Shown one piece after another: positions 47,755-57,018 of a stretch of 64,000 bases of DNA (positions are counted from its first letter, which is position 1; each line of letters starts with the position of its first letter). The stretch spans positions 39,301 through 103,300 of the forward strand of contig JAKADP010000002.1 in NCBI GenBank assembly GCA_021820465.1. The letters run 5' to 3'. Made by a program: the position numbers and the translations under genes. The notes under the pieces were generated by a model. That model did no database searches. It was not told the DNA's origin and saw only the letters and a program-made list of their open reading frames with translations. Source of the DNA: Bacillota bacterium. GTDB lineage: Bacteria; Bacillota; Sulfobacillia; Sulfobacillales; JAIMBI01.

Positions 47755-48714
47755 GTGGGCCGGGTCGTCGAGGTGCTGGACGGGGGGCTGGCCACCACCA
47801 TTCAGGACCAGGGCCGTCCGGCCGGCCCGGCCGTGGGGGTGGCGCCGGGCGGCGTCATGGACGCCTGGGCCGCGGGGTGGGCGAATGCGCTAGTCGGCAA
47901 TCCCTTAGAGGCGGCTGTGCTGGAAGCCACGCTGCTGGGGCCGGCCCTTCGGTTTCCAGACGGGGCCGTCGTGGCGACGGCCGGGGCTGACATGGGAGTG
48001 CACGTGGACGGAGTGGCGGTTCCCCCGGGCCACGCGGTGCGGGTTCCTCCTGGCGGCGAACTGGCGGCGGGTGCGGCCCGGGTGGGCGCGCGCCTCTACT
48101 TAGCCGTGGACGGCGGCATTGCCAGCGCGTCCTGGATGGGCAGCCGGTCGGTGGATCCCGCGGCGGGCTTCGGGCGGGCTCTGCGGCGCGGCGACCGGCT
48201 GCCACTGGGCGCGGCCGGGGGCCCCGCGGTCTGGGCGGACGCGGCAGGGACGACCTGCCTGGTGCGCGACGTGGTGCGCGTCACCGAGGGCCCGTCTGCA
48301 GGCGGTGGCTTGGTGGAGTGGCTGGCGGCCGGCCGGTACCACGTGTCCGTGCGGTCGGACCGGGTGGGGGTCCGTCTCGATCCCGAAGAGGTGGACCGCC
48401 AGACCCTCCCCCGCGTGTGGCCGGCGGACTGGGACCGCCACCTGTCCATGCCGATGGTGACGGGGGCGGTGCAGCTGACACCGGACGGCACTTGCCTGGT
48501 TCTGATGGCGGCGCGGGGGGTGTTGGGAGGGTATCCCGTCCCGGCCGTGGTGGCCGCGGCAGATCGGCCGGTGCTGGCGCAGGCGGTGCCGGGCGCCCCC
48601 CTGCGGATGGTGGTGGTATCTCAGGAGGAGGCGCGGGAGGCGTGGGCGCGTCTGCAGGCCGGGGCGCCGTGGCGATCGAGGGAAGGTGGAGGAGGGTCGA
48701 GGGGATGGAAATGA
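47755..48714 (+). CDS. pxpC: 5-oxoprolinase subunit C (KipA-like)
   Basis: TIQDQGR, GGVMD, ANALVGN, SDRVGVRL, GAVQ, GGYP. Confidence 0.88.
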   Translation: MGRVVEVLDGGLATTIQDQGRPAGPAVGVAPGGVMDAWAAGWANALVGNPLEAAVLEATLLGPALRFPDGAVVATAGADMGVHVDGVAVPPGHAVRVPPGGELAAGAARVGARLYLAVDGGIASASWMGSRSVDPAAGFGRALRRGDRLPLGAAGGPAVWADAAGTTCLVRDVVRVTEGPSAGGGLVEWLAAGRYHVSVRSDRVGVRLDPEEVDRQTLPRVWPADWDRHLSMPMVTGAVQLTPDGTCLVLMAARGVLGGYPVPAVVAAADRPVLAQAVPGAPLRMVVVSQEEAREAWARLQAGAPWRSREGGGGSRGWK

Positions 48715-49475
48715 GCCTGACGGCGGACTTAGGGGAAAGCTTTGGCCGGTGGCGGATGGGCGATGACGAGGTGCTGCTCGGCGTCGTGACGTCGGCCAGC
48801 GTGGCCTGCGGGTTTCATGCCGGCGATCCGATGGTCATGGACCGCACCGTGCGCCTGGCGGGCGCCCGCGGCGTGGGCGTCGGGGCGCACCCGGGCTACC
48901 GGGACCTGGAGGGGTTCGGGCGGCGGAATCTGGAGCTGTCGCGCGACGAGATTCGCACGGCCGTGGTGTATCAGGTCGGCGCGCTCTCGGCGTTCTGCCG
49001 GGCGGCGGGCATCCGCCTGGAGCACGTCAAGCCGCACGGCCAGCTGTACAACCGGGCGCTGGTCGACCAGGCGGTGGCGGAGGCCATCGTGGCCGGGGTG
49101 GCGGAGGCCGGAGGCCGCCTGCCGGTGGTGGCGGCAGGAGGAGCGCTGGCCGGCGCCGCGCGGGCCGCGGGCTTGCCGGTGGCGGTGGAAGCTTATGTGG
49201 ACCGGCGCTATGCGCCCGACGGCACCTTGGTGCCGCGGACAGAACCCGGCGCCGTGCTGACCGATCCGGCGGAGGTGGTGGCTCAAGCGCGAGCACTGGC
49301 CTGCGAAGGACGCGTGCGGGCGATGGGCGGCCAGTGGATCTCGGTGGCGCCGCATACGCTGGTGGTGCACGGCGACACCCCCGACGCGCCGCGCCTGGCC
49401 CGGCTGGTGAAAGATGCGCTGGCGGGGCTGGGCGTCCGCTGGGCTCCCCTGGCGGACGTTCTGGCGGCACGGTGA
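48705..49475 (+). CDS. pxpA: 5-oxoprolinase subunit A (LamB/YcsF)
   Basis: DLGESFG, ACGFHAGDP, GAHPGY.D..GFGRR, HVKPHG, VHGD. Confidence 0.92.
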   Translation: MEMSLTADLGESFGRWRMGDDEVLLGVVTSASVACGFHAGDPMVMDRTVRLAGARGVGVGAHPGYRDLEGFGRRNLELSRDEIRTAVVYQVGALSAFCRAAGIRLEHVKPHGQLYNRALVDQAVAEAIVAGVAEAGGRLPVVAAGGALAGAARAAGLPVAVEAYVDRRYAPDGTLVPRTEPGAVLTDPAEVVAQARALACEGRVRAMGGQWISVAPHTLVVHGDTPDAPRLARLVKDALAGLGVRWAPLADVLAAR

Positions 49476-49530
49476 ATCCCAAGCCGCCCTAGAGGCGTTT
49501 AAGGAGCAAGGCGAGCGGCAGGCAGGAGGG

Positions 49531-51303
49531 GTGTCGGTGGGGGGCCGGGCGCGGTGGATCGTGGGAGCCGTGATGCTGGCCGCGGTGGCCACTGGGGCGG
49601 GGGGCTGCCGCTGGGCGGCCCTCGGGCCGCCCCCGCCGGTTCCTCCCTTCCATCCGGGGGTGCTGCGGGCCGAGCAGCTGCCGACGATTTGGCCGGGGCC
49701 CGCGCCCGGGCCCCTGGTGCTGCGGCGCATCGTGGTGATGAGCCGCAGCACGTGGTGGGGTGTGACGCAGGGACCGGGCGGGGGCAGTGGCCTCTTGGAA
49801 ACCCAGGACGCCGGCCGGACCTGGCGGGAGCATTACCGGACGGGCCTGCCCGTGACCGCGCTGCAGTTTCTCAGCGCACGCGAGGGATACGCGGTGGAAA
49901 ATGGGTGCGGCGTCGGGCAGTGCCAAACCTCAGCCCTGCTGCGCACCCGCGATGGCGGGCGGCGGTGGTCCACCACGTATGCCACCCATCGCCGCGAACT
50001 GGCCAGCCTGTCGTTCGTGTCGGCGGAGTGGGGGTACCGCGTGGCCAAGAGCGGGCGCCAGCCGTGGGTGCTCGGGTTTAGTGCGGACGGGGGGGCCACC
50101 TGGGTCTCGCGGTCGTTCCCCTGCCCGGGATCCCCCACCTCCGTCGCGGTGAGCTTTGTGACGCGCGGCGGCGGCTATCTGGCGTGTGGCCCTCCGGCAT
50201 CCGACCCCACCGGGGCGACGGCTGTGTGGGTCACCCACGACGGGGGCCTCCGGTGGGCGCTGGCGGGCACGGCGGCCTCCGGGGAGGTGACGGGCCTCAC
50301 GTTCGTGAGCGGATCCGTGGGGTACTTGGGGACGCGTGCCGGGCTCTGGGTGACGCGGGACGGGGGCCGTGCGTGGGCGGTGGCCCGCCGCCCACAGATA
50401 GCGGCCGGCCAGGGCGTCGCCTCGCTGGGGCGCATGGGGCGCCAGGTCTACCTGCTGTCGGCGGGCCGGGCGTGGGCCGTGAGCGCCCGGGGCGCATGGT
50501 CCTCCCTGTATCCGCTGCCCAACCCGCATACCGCGGTCGTGTGGCCCACGGCTCAGCAGGGCTACGGGGTGGGCGAGGCCGGCGCGCCCACGGCGGTTAT
50601 GGCGGGCACGCCCGGGCGGCGGGGGTGGACCACGGTGGGCTACCTACCCGGGCCCGCCCGCACTCTGGTGTCCGCGTCCTCCCGCACGCTCTGGGCGGTG
50701 GATCCCCGCTGGTACGTCAGTCGAGACGGCGGCCGAACCTGGCAGACGCCAGCCCTGCCCGGAGCCGCCGTAGCTACCGATGCGTCGGCTTGTGGCCGCT
50801 ATGGCTTTGTGCTCATGGGCCGGCGCACGGTGCGCGTGACCACCAATGGCGGGAGGAGCGTGGGACCCGCGGAGCACTTGCCGTTCGCGGCCACCAGCGT
50901 GGCGTGTCAGGCGCCCAGGGTGGGCTTCGCTCTGGGGCGGCCCGCGGGCGCCACCGTGCGGGGCCCGGGGGGCAAGCGCGTGCACGTGGCTCCCGGCGCC
51001 GTGTACCTGTGGCGCACGACGGATGGGGGAGCCACCTGGATGCCGTCTCAGCTGCCGCCGGTCCTGAACATGGCCGCGCCCACCATGGTGCGGTTCCTCG
51101 GGCCGCGATTGGGGTGGATGTGGTCCGCCAACGGATACTGGCTCACGCGCAACGGCGGCCAAAGCTGGGTCGCACGCGCCATGCCCGCCGGCGTGCTGAT
51201 CCGGTCGCTCGCGTTTGACAGTCCGACCGCCGCCGTGGTGGTGGTGAATACCGGCGTCTATACCACCTCCGACGGGGGTCGAACCTGGGTGCCGGTGTCG
51301 TGA
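49531..51303 (+). CDS. secreted/lipoprotein BNR (Asp-box) beta-propeller protein
   Basis: Signal peptide ending AGGC; about ten (S/T)x(D/N)xGxxW Asp-box-type repeats. Confidence 0.8.
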   Translation: MSVGGRARWIVGAVMLAAVATGAGGCRWAALGPPPPVPPFHPGVLRAEQLPTIWPGPAPGPLVLRRIVVMSRSTWWGVTQGPGGGSGLLETQDAGRTWREHYRTGLPVTALQFLSAREGYAVENGCGVGQCQTSALLRTRDGGRRWSTTYATHRRELASLSFVSAEWGYRVAKSGRQPWVLGFSADGGATWVSRSFPCPGSPTSVAVSFVTRGGGYLACGPPASDPTGATAVWVTHDGGLRWALAGTAASGEVTGLTFVSGSVGYLGTRAGLWVTRDGGRAWAVARRPQIAAGQGVASLGRMGRQVYLLSAGRAWAVSARGAWSSLYPLPNPHTAVVWPTAQQGYGVGEAGAPTAVMAGTPGRRGWTTVGYLPGPARTLVSASSRTLWAVDPRWYVSRDGGRTWQTPALPGAAVATDASACGRYGFVLMGRRTVRVTTNGGRSVGPAEHLPFAATSVACQAPRVGFALGRPAGATVRGPGGKRVHVAPGAVYLWRTTDGGATWMPSQLPPVLNMAAPTMVRFLGPRLGWMWSANGYWLTRNGGQSWVARAMPAGVLIRSLAFDSPTAAVVVVNTGVYTTSDGGRTWVPVS

Positions 51304-52172
51304 AGACGGCGTGGGGCTACCTGAAGCAGCTGGCGCAGCGGGTGGCGCGGGACGACGTCGGCGCCTATGCCGCCGCGCTGTCGTATAACTTTTCCTTCGC
51401 CCTCCTGCCGCTCTTGCTGTTTGCCACGGCGCTCCTCGCCTTCCTGCGCTTCAGCGACCCGGTGGGCGTCCTGACCGCGCCCCTGGCGGGCGTGGTGCCG
51501 AAGAACGTGCTGGGGCTCGTGTCCGCCGCACTGGCGGGGGTCGTGCGCCACAAGAGCCCGACCGTGCTGTCGCTAGGCTTTGTGGGCTTCGTGTGGGGCA
51601 TGTCGGGCGCGTTTCGGCAAGTCATCGACGCGGTGAACCACGCGTACGAATTTCGCTTCCCGTTCCGCCGGCGATCCTGGGAACTTTACGGCTTGTCCGT
51701 CCTGTTGGGCATGACCGTCGGGTCGCTGTTGGTGGCGGGGCTGGCCCTGTCGGTGCTGGGCCCCCAAGCCATCAGCGGGCTGGCCACGGCAGTGGTGGAC
51801 CGCCCGCCGCCGCGGCTGGCACTGGCGGTGCTGCACTGGGGCGTGCTGGCCGCGATGTTGTGGGTGGCACTGTCCGTGCTGTACGCCGTCGCGCCGGACC
51901 GGCCGCAGCGCTTTCGCTGGTATACGCCGGGCACGTTGGTGGCGCTCATCGCGTGGGCTGTCCTGTCGATTGCCTTCCGGCAGTACACCACCCGGGTCAA
52001 CACGTTTGGGGTGTACGGCACGCTGGGCGCGATGATTCTTCTGCTGCTGTATCTCTATCTCTTTGGCTTTCTGCTGTTGGTGGGTGCGGAAGTCAATGCG
52101 CTGGCCGCAGCGCCCGCCGGCCCCGAAGGGCCGGCGGGAGAGCCGCGCCCCCGCGATCCCCTCACGCGCTAG
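51300..52172 (+). CDS. YihY/BrkB family membrane protein
   Basis: AAALSY..FALLP, AVN.AY, YGTLGAMI.LL.LY, GAEVNA. Confidence 0.9.
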   Translation: MKTAWGYLKQLAQRVARDDVGAYAAALSYNFSFALLPLLLFATALLAFLRFSDPVGVLTAPLAGVVPKNVLGLVSAALAGVVRHKSPTVLSLGFVGFVWGMSGAFRQVIDAVNHAYEFRFPFRRRSWELYGLSVLLGMTVGSLLVAGLALSVLGPQAISGLATAVVDRPPPRLALAVLHWGVLAAMLWVALSVLYAVAPDRPQRFRWYTPGTLVALIAWAVLSIAFRQYTTRVNTFGVYGTLGAMILLLLYLYLFGFLLLVGAEVNALAAAPAGPEGPAGEPRPRDPLTR

Positions 52173-52956
52173 CCGTGGGCTCCGGATCCGGGGCTGGCGC
52201 CATGTCCCGCGCATCGGTCGAGGCAATGCCGCGCAGCATGTCGGTCAGCTCGGTGGGAATGAACAGCAGCGTGTTCTGCTCGGACTTCACGGCTTCCAGC
52301 AGCACATTCAAGCCCCGAAGCCGGAAGGCGGTCGTCGAATGCTCATAAAGGCGCGCCGCCTTCACGAACTCCTCGGCCGCAATGACCTCGGCCTCCCCGT
52401 AAATGCGCCGCGCTTCTTTTTCGGCCTGCGCCTGCGCCTTGCGGGACAGGACGTCCTGCAGGGAGGCGGGAATCTCGATGTCGCGGATCTCCACGTTTTG
52501 CACCGCAATGCCCCACGACTCCGCCCGCTCCCGAATCTGCTCGGCAATGCGCTCGTCCAGCTGCCGCTGGTCCGACAGCAGCTGCTCGAGGTCGCTGCGG
52601 CTCACGATGTCGCGCAGCGTGGTCTGGGCGGCCAGATCGATGGTCGCTTGGTAGTTCTTGACCTCAAGCGCCGCGCGCGTGACGTCCGCCACCCGCCAAA
52701 ACAGCACGGCCAGCAGCGTGACCGGCACCTTGTCCTTGGAGAGCGTGCCCTCGGTGCGAAACTCCGTCGTGGTGATGCGCTTGTCGATGATCATGGCGCG
52801 CTGAAAGCCGAACAGCACAAACCGGATGCCTGGGCCGCGATTGCCGACATAGCGGCCCAGGGTAAACACCAGCATCTCGTCCCACTGCTTGATAATTTTC
52901 AGCGACAGCAGTCCCCAGAGAACCACAATGGCCAAGACAATGTACAGCCCGCTCAT
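52162..52956 (-). CDS. SPFH/band-7 (slipin-like) protein
   Basis: LVFTLGR, LSKDKVPV, AQTTLR, WGIAVQNVEIRDI, AQAEKEAR. Confidence 0.88.
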   Translation of the reverse strand: MSGLYIVLAIVVLWGLLSLKIIKQWDEMLVFTLGRYVGNRGPGIRFVLFGFQRAMIIDKRITTTEFRTEGTLSKDKVPVTLLAVLFWRVADVTRAALEVKNYQATIDLAAQTTLRDIVSRSDLEQLLSDQRQLDERIAEQIRERAESWGIAVQNVEIRDIEIPASLQDVLSRKAQAQAEKEARRIYGEAEVIAAEEFVKAARLYEHSTTAFRLRGLNVLLEAVKSEQNTLLFIPTELTDMLRGIASTDARDMAPAPDPEPTASA

Positions 52957-53034
52957 GTCCGGTGCTCCTTTGCGGATGGTGCGGCGGCCGGTTCGGATGC
53001 CGTCGCCTCAGCATAGCACCGGCAGGCGTGGGCG

Positions 53035-54966
53035 TCAGTTCATCGGCTTGCCGGTCCAGCTGAAGGGCCAGGGATAGTTGGCGCCATACACCGTGTCGAA
53101 CCAGGTTTTGGCGTACGGGTCCTTCAAGTGAAAGTACTGGTCGTAAATGGCCCGCGCGACGAAGCCGGAGTAGGCGCCAAACACGCCGTCGTGGATGTAG
53201 ACGAGAATTTCCAGCTTGGGCGTGGGCAGGGGTCCGCTGGCGGCGTACGAGGCCGCGGGCGCGAACGTCTCGAAGAACGCGTTGTTGACGGGGCTGTTGA
53301 CGCGCTGGGCCGTCCCGGTTTTGGTGCCGACGTACATGGGAATGCCCTTCATCGCGCCGTACCCGGTGCCCAGAGGGCGCTGAGCCGAGCGCTCCATGCC
53401 CACGTGAATCACGTGGTAGTCCGCGCGGCTGATGGGGAGCTTCTGCTGCACCACGGGCTGGAACCGCTCGATGACCTTGCCGCTGGGCGACGTGACATAC
53501 GACAGGAAGTGCGGCTGGTACAGGGTGCCGCCGTTGACCACGGCCGCTTCCGCCCGGGCCAGGCCAATCAGGGTGTAGTCGGAGATGCCCTGCCCAATGG
53601 CGGTGTTGAGGTTCTGGCCCCACGTCCAAGGCTGGCCCTCGAGCTGCTGGTAGCGCTGCGGGGTGGGCATCTGACTGGCCACCTCGCCAGGAATGTCCAA
53701 TCCCGTGGTGGAGTTCAAGCCGTACAGCGACAGGTAGTGGTCCATGCGCTGGATGCCCATCCAGTAGCCCACCCAGTAAAAATAGGTGTCGTCCGACACC
53801 TCGATGGCCCGCTCCAAGTTGACCGGGCCAAACCCCGGGGCGTACCAGTTCTTAAACGTGGGGTCCAGCGGGAAGTACCCGTGGTCCACGACGATGGTGT
53901 TGGGCGTGATGACGCCCGATGCCAGCGCCCCGCCCGCGATGATGGGCTTGAACACCGAGCCCGGGGCGTACTGGCCCTGGTACACCCGGTTCACCCAGCC
54001 GCCGGTTTTGTTGAGCTGGCTCACGTAGGCGTTGGAGGCGGGGGGCTCTAGCAAGGCCGGGTTGTAGGTTGGGAGGCTCACGGCCGCCAAGACCGCGCCG
54101 GTTTCGGGGTTGAGCACAATCACAGCGCCTTTGGTGGCTCGGGGCGAGTGCGGCGAGCCTGGGCTCGTCTGCATGGCGTGCATCACAAACTGCAGCGCCT
54201 GCGTGGCCACTTTTTCCATCTGCCCATTGATGGTGAGATGAATCGTATCCCCCGGGACCGGGGGCTTGGACCCATAAATCTTCAGGAACTGGCCCGCGGA
54301 GTTGACCTGAACCAGCTGCTGGCCGGGCTGGCCGCGCAGCAGACTCTGATATTCGGCTTCTAGGCCCTGCTGGCCAAACAGCGAGGCCGCTGTGTATCCC
54401 TGGCTGGGGTGGGCCTTCATCTCCGGCCCATTGATTTGGCTCACGTAGCCCACGAAGTTCCCGAAGAGACTGCCCTGCGGGTACGAGCGCTTCGCCGTGA
54501 CCAGCAGGTGAATGTCGGGATACTGGCCGCGGTTCTCCTGATAATGGGTGATGGCCGTCGGGGAGAGTCCCTGGCCCGGGTCCAGCACCACCGGCCAAAA
54601 CGGGGGATTGTTCTTTTCCTGATAGGTCACGGTGGCATCGAGCTGCTTGGGGCTTTCGCCCAACAGCGCGGCGAGCCGCACGGCTTCGCCGTGCGGCAGT
54701 GCCCCTTGGGAGGGATTCATCCACTCGATTTCCCAGGCGGGCTGATTGCTGGCCAGCACCATGCCGTCGCTGGTGACGATTTGGCCGCGGGGGGCGGACA
54801 CGGGAATGGTCCGCAGGTAGTCTTGCTGGCCGAGCGACCGATAGTAGGCCGCGTGGGCTACTTGGAGAGTTTCCAGTCGTGCCGCGATGGCGCCCAGCGC
54901 CAGCAATAGCACCCCCCCCATCACCCAGGCCCGCCGAACCGCCCGCTTCTGCTCCCGTTCAATCAT
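53035..54966 (-). CDS. class B penicillin-binding protein (PBP2/MrdA-like)
   Basis: N-terminal TM, APRGQI, RSYP, GSVFK (SxxK), SDD, KTGTAQ; TATAAT near 55060. Confidence 0.92.
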   Translation of the reverse strand: MIEREQKRAVRRAWVMGGVLLLALGAIAARLETLQVAHAAYYRSLGQQDYLRTIPVSAPRGQIVTSDGMVLASNQPAWEIEWMNPSQGALPHGEAVRLAALLGESPKQLDATVTYQEKNNPPFWPVVLDPGQGLSPTAITHYQENRGQYPDIHLLVTAKRSYPQGSLFGNFVGYVSQINGPEMKAHPSQGYTAASLFGQQGLEAEYQSLLRGQPGQQLVQVNSAGQFLKIYGSKPPVPGDTIHLTINGQMEKVATQALQFVMHAMQTSPGSPHSPRATKGAVIVLNPETGAVLAAVSLPTYNPALLEPPASNAYVSQLNKTGGWVNRVYQGQYAPGSVFKPIIAGGALASGVITPNTIVVDHGYFPLDPTFKNWYAPGFGPVNLERAIEVSDDTYFYWVGYWMGIQRMDHYLSLYGLNSTTGLDIPGEVASQMPTPQRYQQLEGQPWTWGQNLNTAIGQGISDYTLIGLARAEAAVVNGGTLYQPHFLSYVTSPSGKVIERFQPVVQQKLPISRADYHVIHVGMERSAQRPLGTGYGAMKGIPMYVGTKTGTAQRVNSPVNNAFFETFAPAASYAASGPLPTPKLEILVYIHDGVFGAYSGFVARAIYDQYFHLKDPYAKTWFDTVYGANYPWPFSWTGKPMN

Positions 54967-55251
54967 GATGTGCCCCCCACCGTTAAACGCCGCCCGGGTG
55001 CCTGGCGTTTGCCCGGCTGCCCGTCGATTGGCGAAACCCCCTCAAACATTGCGGCCATTATAGTGCGCGCGGCGCGCTGGGCGCCAGCGTGCGGGGGACG
55101 CCGGAGCCGTGGACCCGAGGGCGAAGGCCGGCGATTGCTGTCGGAAAAAAGGATGGACCAGCTCCTACCATTCGCCACAACCGCGGGCCGATCCATGGCA
55201 CAGTCGCTCGAAAGTGGGGGCGGCAGACGCGCGGGAGGGTGGTGAACTTCG

Positions 55252-57018
55252 GTGAGGCGGACGTGGGTAATCGGTGCAGCGCTGCTGGCGCTCACGGTGT
55301 GGCCGGGGACGCCCCTAGCCGTGCTGGCGTGGTCGCTGCACAGCGCGGCGGGCTCCACCGCCCGTCTCATGCAGGAGCGGAGCGCCGCCGAGGCCGCACT
55401 CGTGGCCCCCGCGCCGCCTGCGCCGCTGGTGCGTGCGGTCAGCACCAACCTGGCTCGCGTGAGCGGCGACCTCCTCACCGCCGCTTGGGCCCTGGACTGG
55501 CTGGGAAACGAAGGGGAGTGGCCCGCCGTCGGCGCGGCGGACCGGACCCTCCGGGACGGGATCCAGGGGTCTCTCGAGGTGGCCCGCGCGGCTGCAACGG
55601 TGTGGCGCGCGGCGATAGGTCGGAGAGCGGGGATCTCCCAGGCCGTGCGCGTGGCGCTGGCACAACTCCCCGAGAGCGCCCTCGGCCTCCGGGACCTGAG
55701 TCAAGCCGCCCGCCACCTCCCGGTGCCTGCCCAGTGGAGGCGCGCGGTGACGCGCGCGGCGCCCCTGCTGAGCCGACTGGCGGCGGTGCGCCGTCCCCTC
55801 GCGGAGGCGTTGGGGTTTCCCCACCCCGCCCGCTACCTGGTGCTTTTGCAGGATGCGGCCGAACTGCGCGCCACCGGCGGCTTGGTGGTGGCCTACGGCT
55901 GGCTGACCTTGAGGCAGGGCCGCCCGGCCCTGCGCTTTGGCGGGGGAATCCAAGCGCTGTCGCGCCGGGTGCGGGTCCGTGTGCCCGCAGGCTCCCTGCT
56001 GCATCGGTTCTTCGGGGAGTCCCGCTTGAGCCTCTTGAACGCCAATGACCGGTTGGGGGGGCCGGCCAGCACCGCGGCCATCCTGCGGCTGTACCGGTCG
56101 GTGCCGGGCGCGCCTCCGGTTGTGGGCGCCGTCCTGGTGAATTCCTGGTGGATTGCGACGCTTTTTGGGCTGTCCGGGCCGGTCGCGGTACCCTCGCCCG
56201 CGGGACGCGTCGTCCTGACGGCGGCCACCGCGCCGCGGCAGCTGGAGCAGCTGGCGGAGCGCGATCAGGTGCCCGGCGTGCCCCGCATGGCCTTCTTGGG
56301 TCCCGTCATGCGGGAGCTGGCTGCCCGCCTGATGCCGCGCGGCGTGCCCAGCCTGCCCCTCGTGGCCGCCTTGGGGGCCGGGGTGCGGTCAGGGGGCGTG
56401 CTGTGGGAGCCCGGCGGCAGGGCGCTGGCACGCCTGGCGGGAGCGCTCGGGTGGAGCGGGGCGCTGTGGCCCACGCCCGCCGGGGGCAATTATCTGATGT
56501 TGGTGAATCAAAATTTTGGCGGATTGAAGGACAACCTGTACCTCGGGCAGCGGGCAGCCGTCACGGTGGTGGGCCGTCGTGAGCAGGTGCGCCTGGTGCT
56601 CACATTGCGCCGCCGCGTCACGGCCCAGAATGCGTGGCTGCTGGGGTCGTATGAAGGCTGGGTGTCGGTGGTGGTGCCGCGCGGCACGCGGGTGGTCCGC
56701 GCCACAGGCTTCGTGTCGCCGGTCACGGTCACCTCAGGCGCCTCGCCCGCCCGCACGGTGGTGGGGGGCGCGGTGACCGTACCCGTGCGCCTTAGGGCGC
56801 CGTCGAGTGCCGCCGCCATCAGCCTCATCCTTCAGCTGCCGCGGGACGTCGCACCGGATGCGCCGCTCCTGGTGCAAGCCCAGCCGGGATGGCGGCCCGG
56901 GTCCACCCGCTTCACCATCACCCTGGGGGGCCGGACCGCTGAGTGGGACCCCGGCGCCGGCGTTTTGGTGCGGCGGCGGGGCAGGGGCCTGGCGGCGGCG
57001 GCCCGATGGGGACCGTGA
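55252..57018 (+). CDS. DUF4012-domain membrane-anchored protein
   Basis: YLVLLQDAAELRATGG motif; heads a polysaccharide cluster. Confidence 0.75.
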   Translation: MRRTWVIGAALLALTVWPGTPLAVLAWSLHSAAGSTARLMQERSAAEAALVAPAPPAPLVRAVSTNLARVSGDLLTAAWALDWLGNEGEWPAVGAADRTLRDGIQGSLEVARAAATVWRAAIGRRAGISQAVRVALAQLPESALGLRDLSQAARHLPVPAQWRRAVTRAAPLLSRLAAVRRPLAEALGFPHPARYLVLLQDAAELRATGGLVVAYGWLTLRQGRPALRFGGGIQALSRRVRVRVPAGSLLHRFFGESRLSLLNANDRLGGPASTAAILRLYRSVPGAPPVVGAVLVNSWWIATLFGLSGPVAVPSPAGRVVLTAATAPRQLEQLAERDQVPGVPRMAFLGPVMRELAARLMPRGVPSLPLVAALGAGVRSGGVLWEPGGRALARLAGALGWSGALWPTPAGGNYLMLVNQNFGGLKDNLYLGQRAAVTVVGRREQVRLVLTLRRRVTAQNAWLLGSYEGWVSVVVPRGTRVVRATGFVSPVTVTSGASPARTVVGGAVTVPVRLRAPSSAAAISLILQLPRDVAPDAPLLVQAQPGWRPGSTRFTITLGGRTAEWDPGAGVLVRRRGRGLAAAARWGP

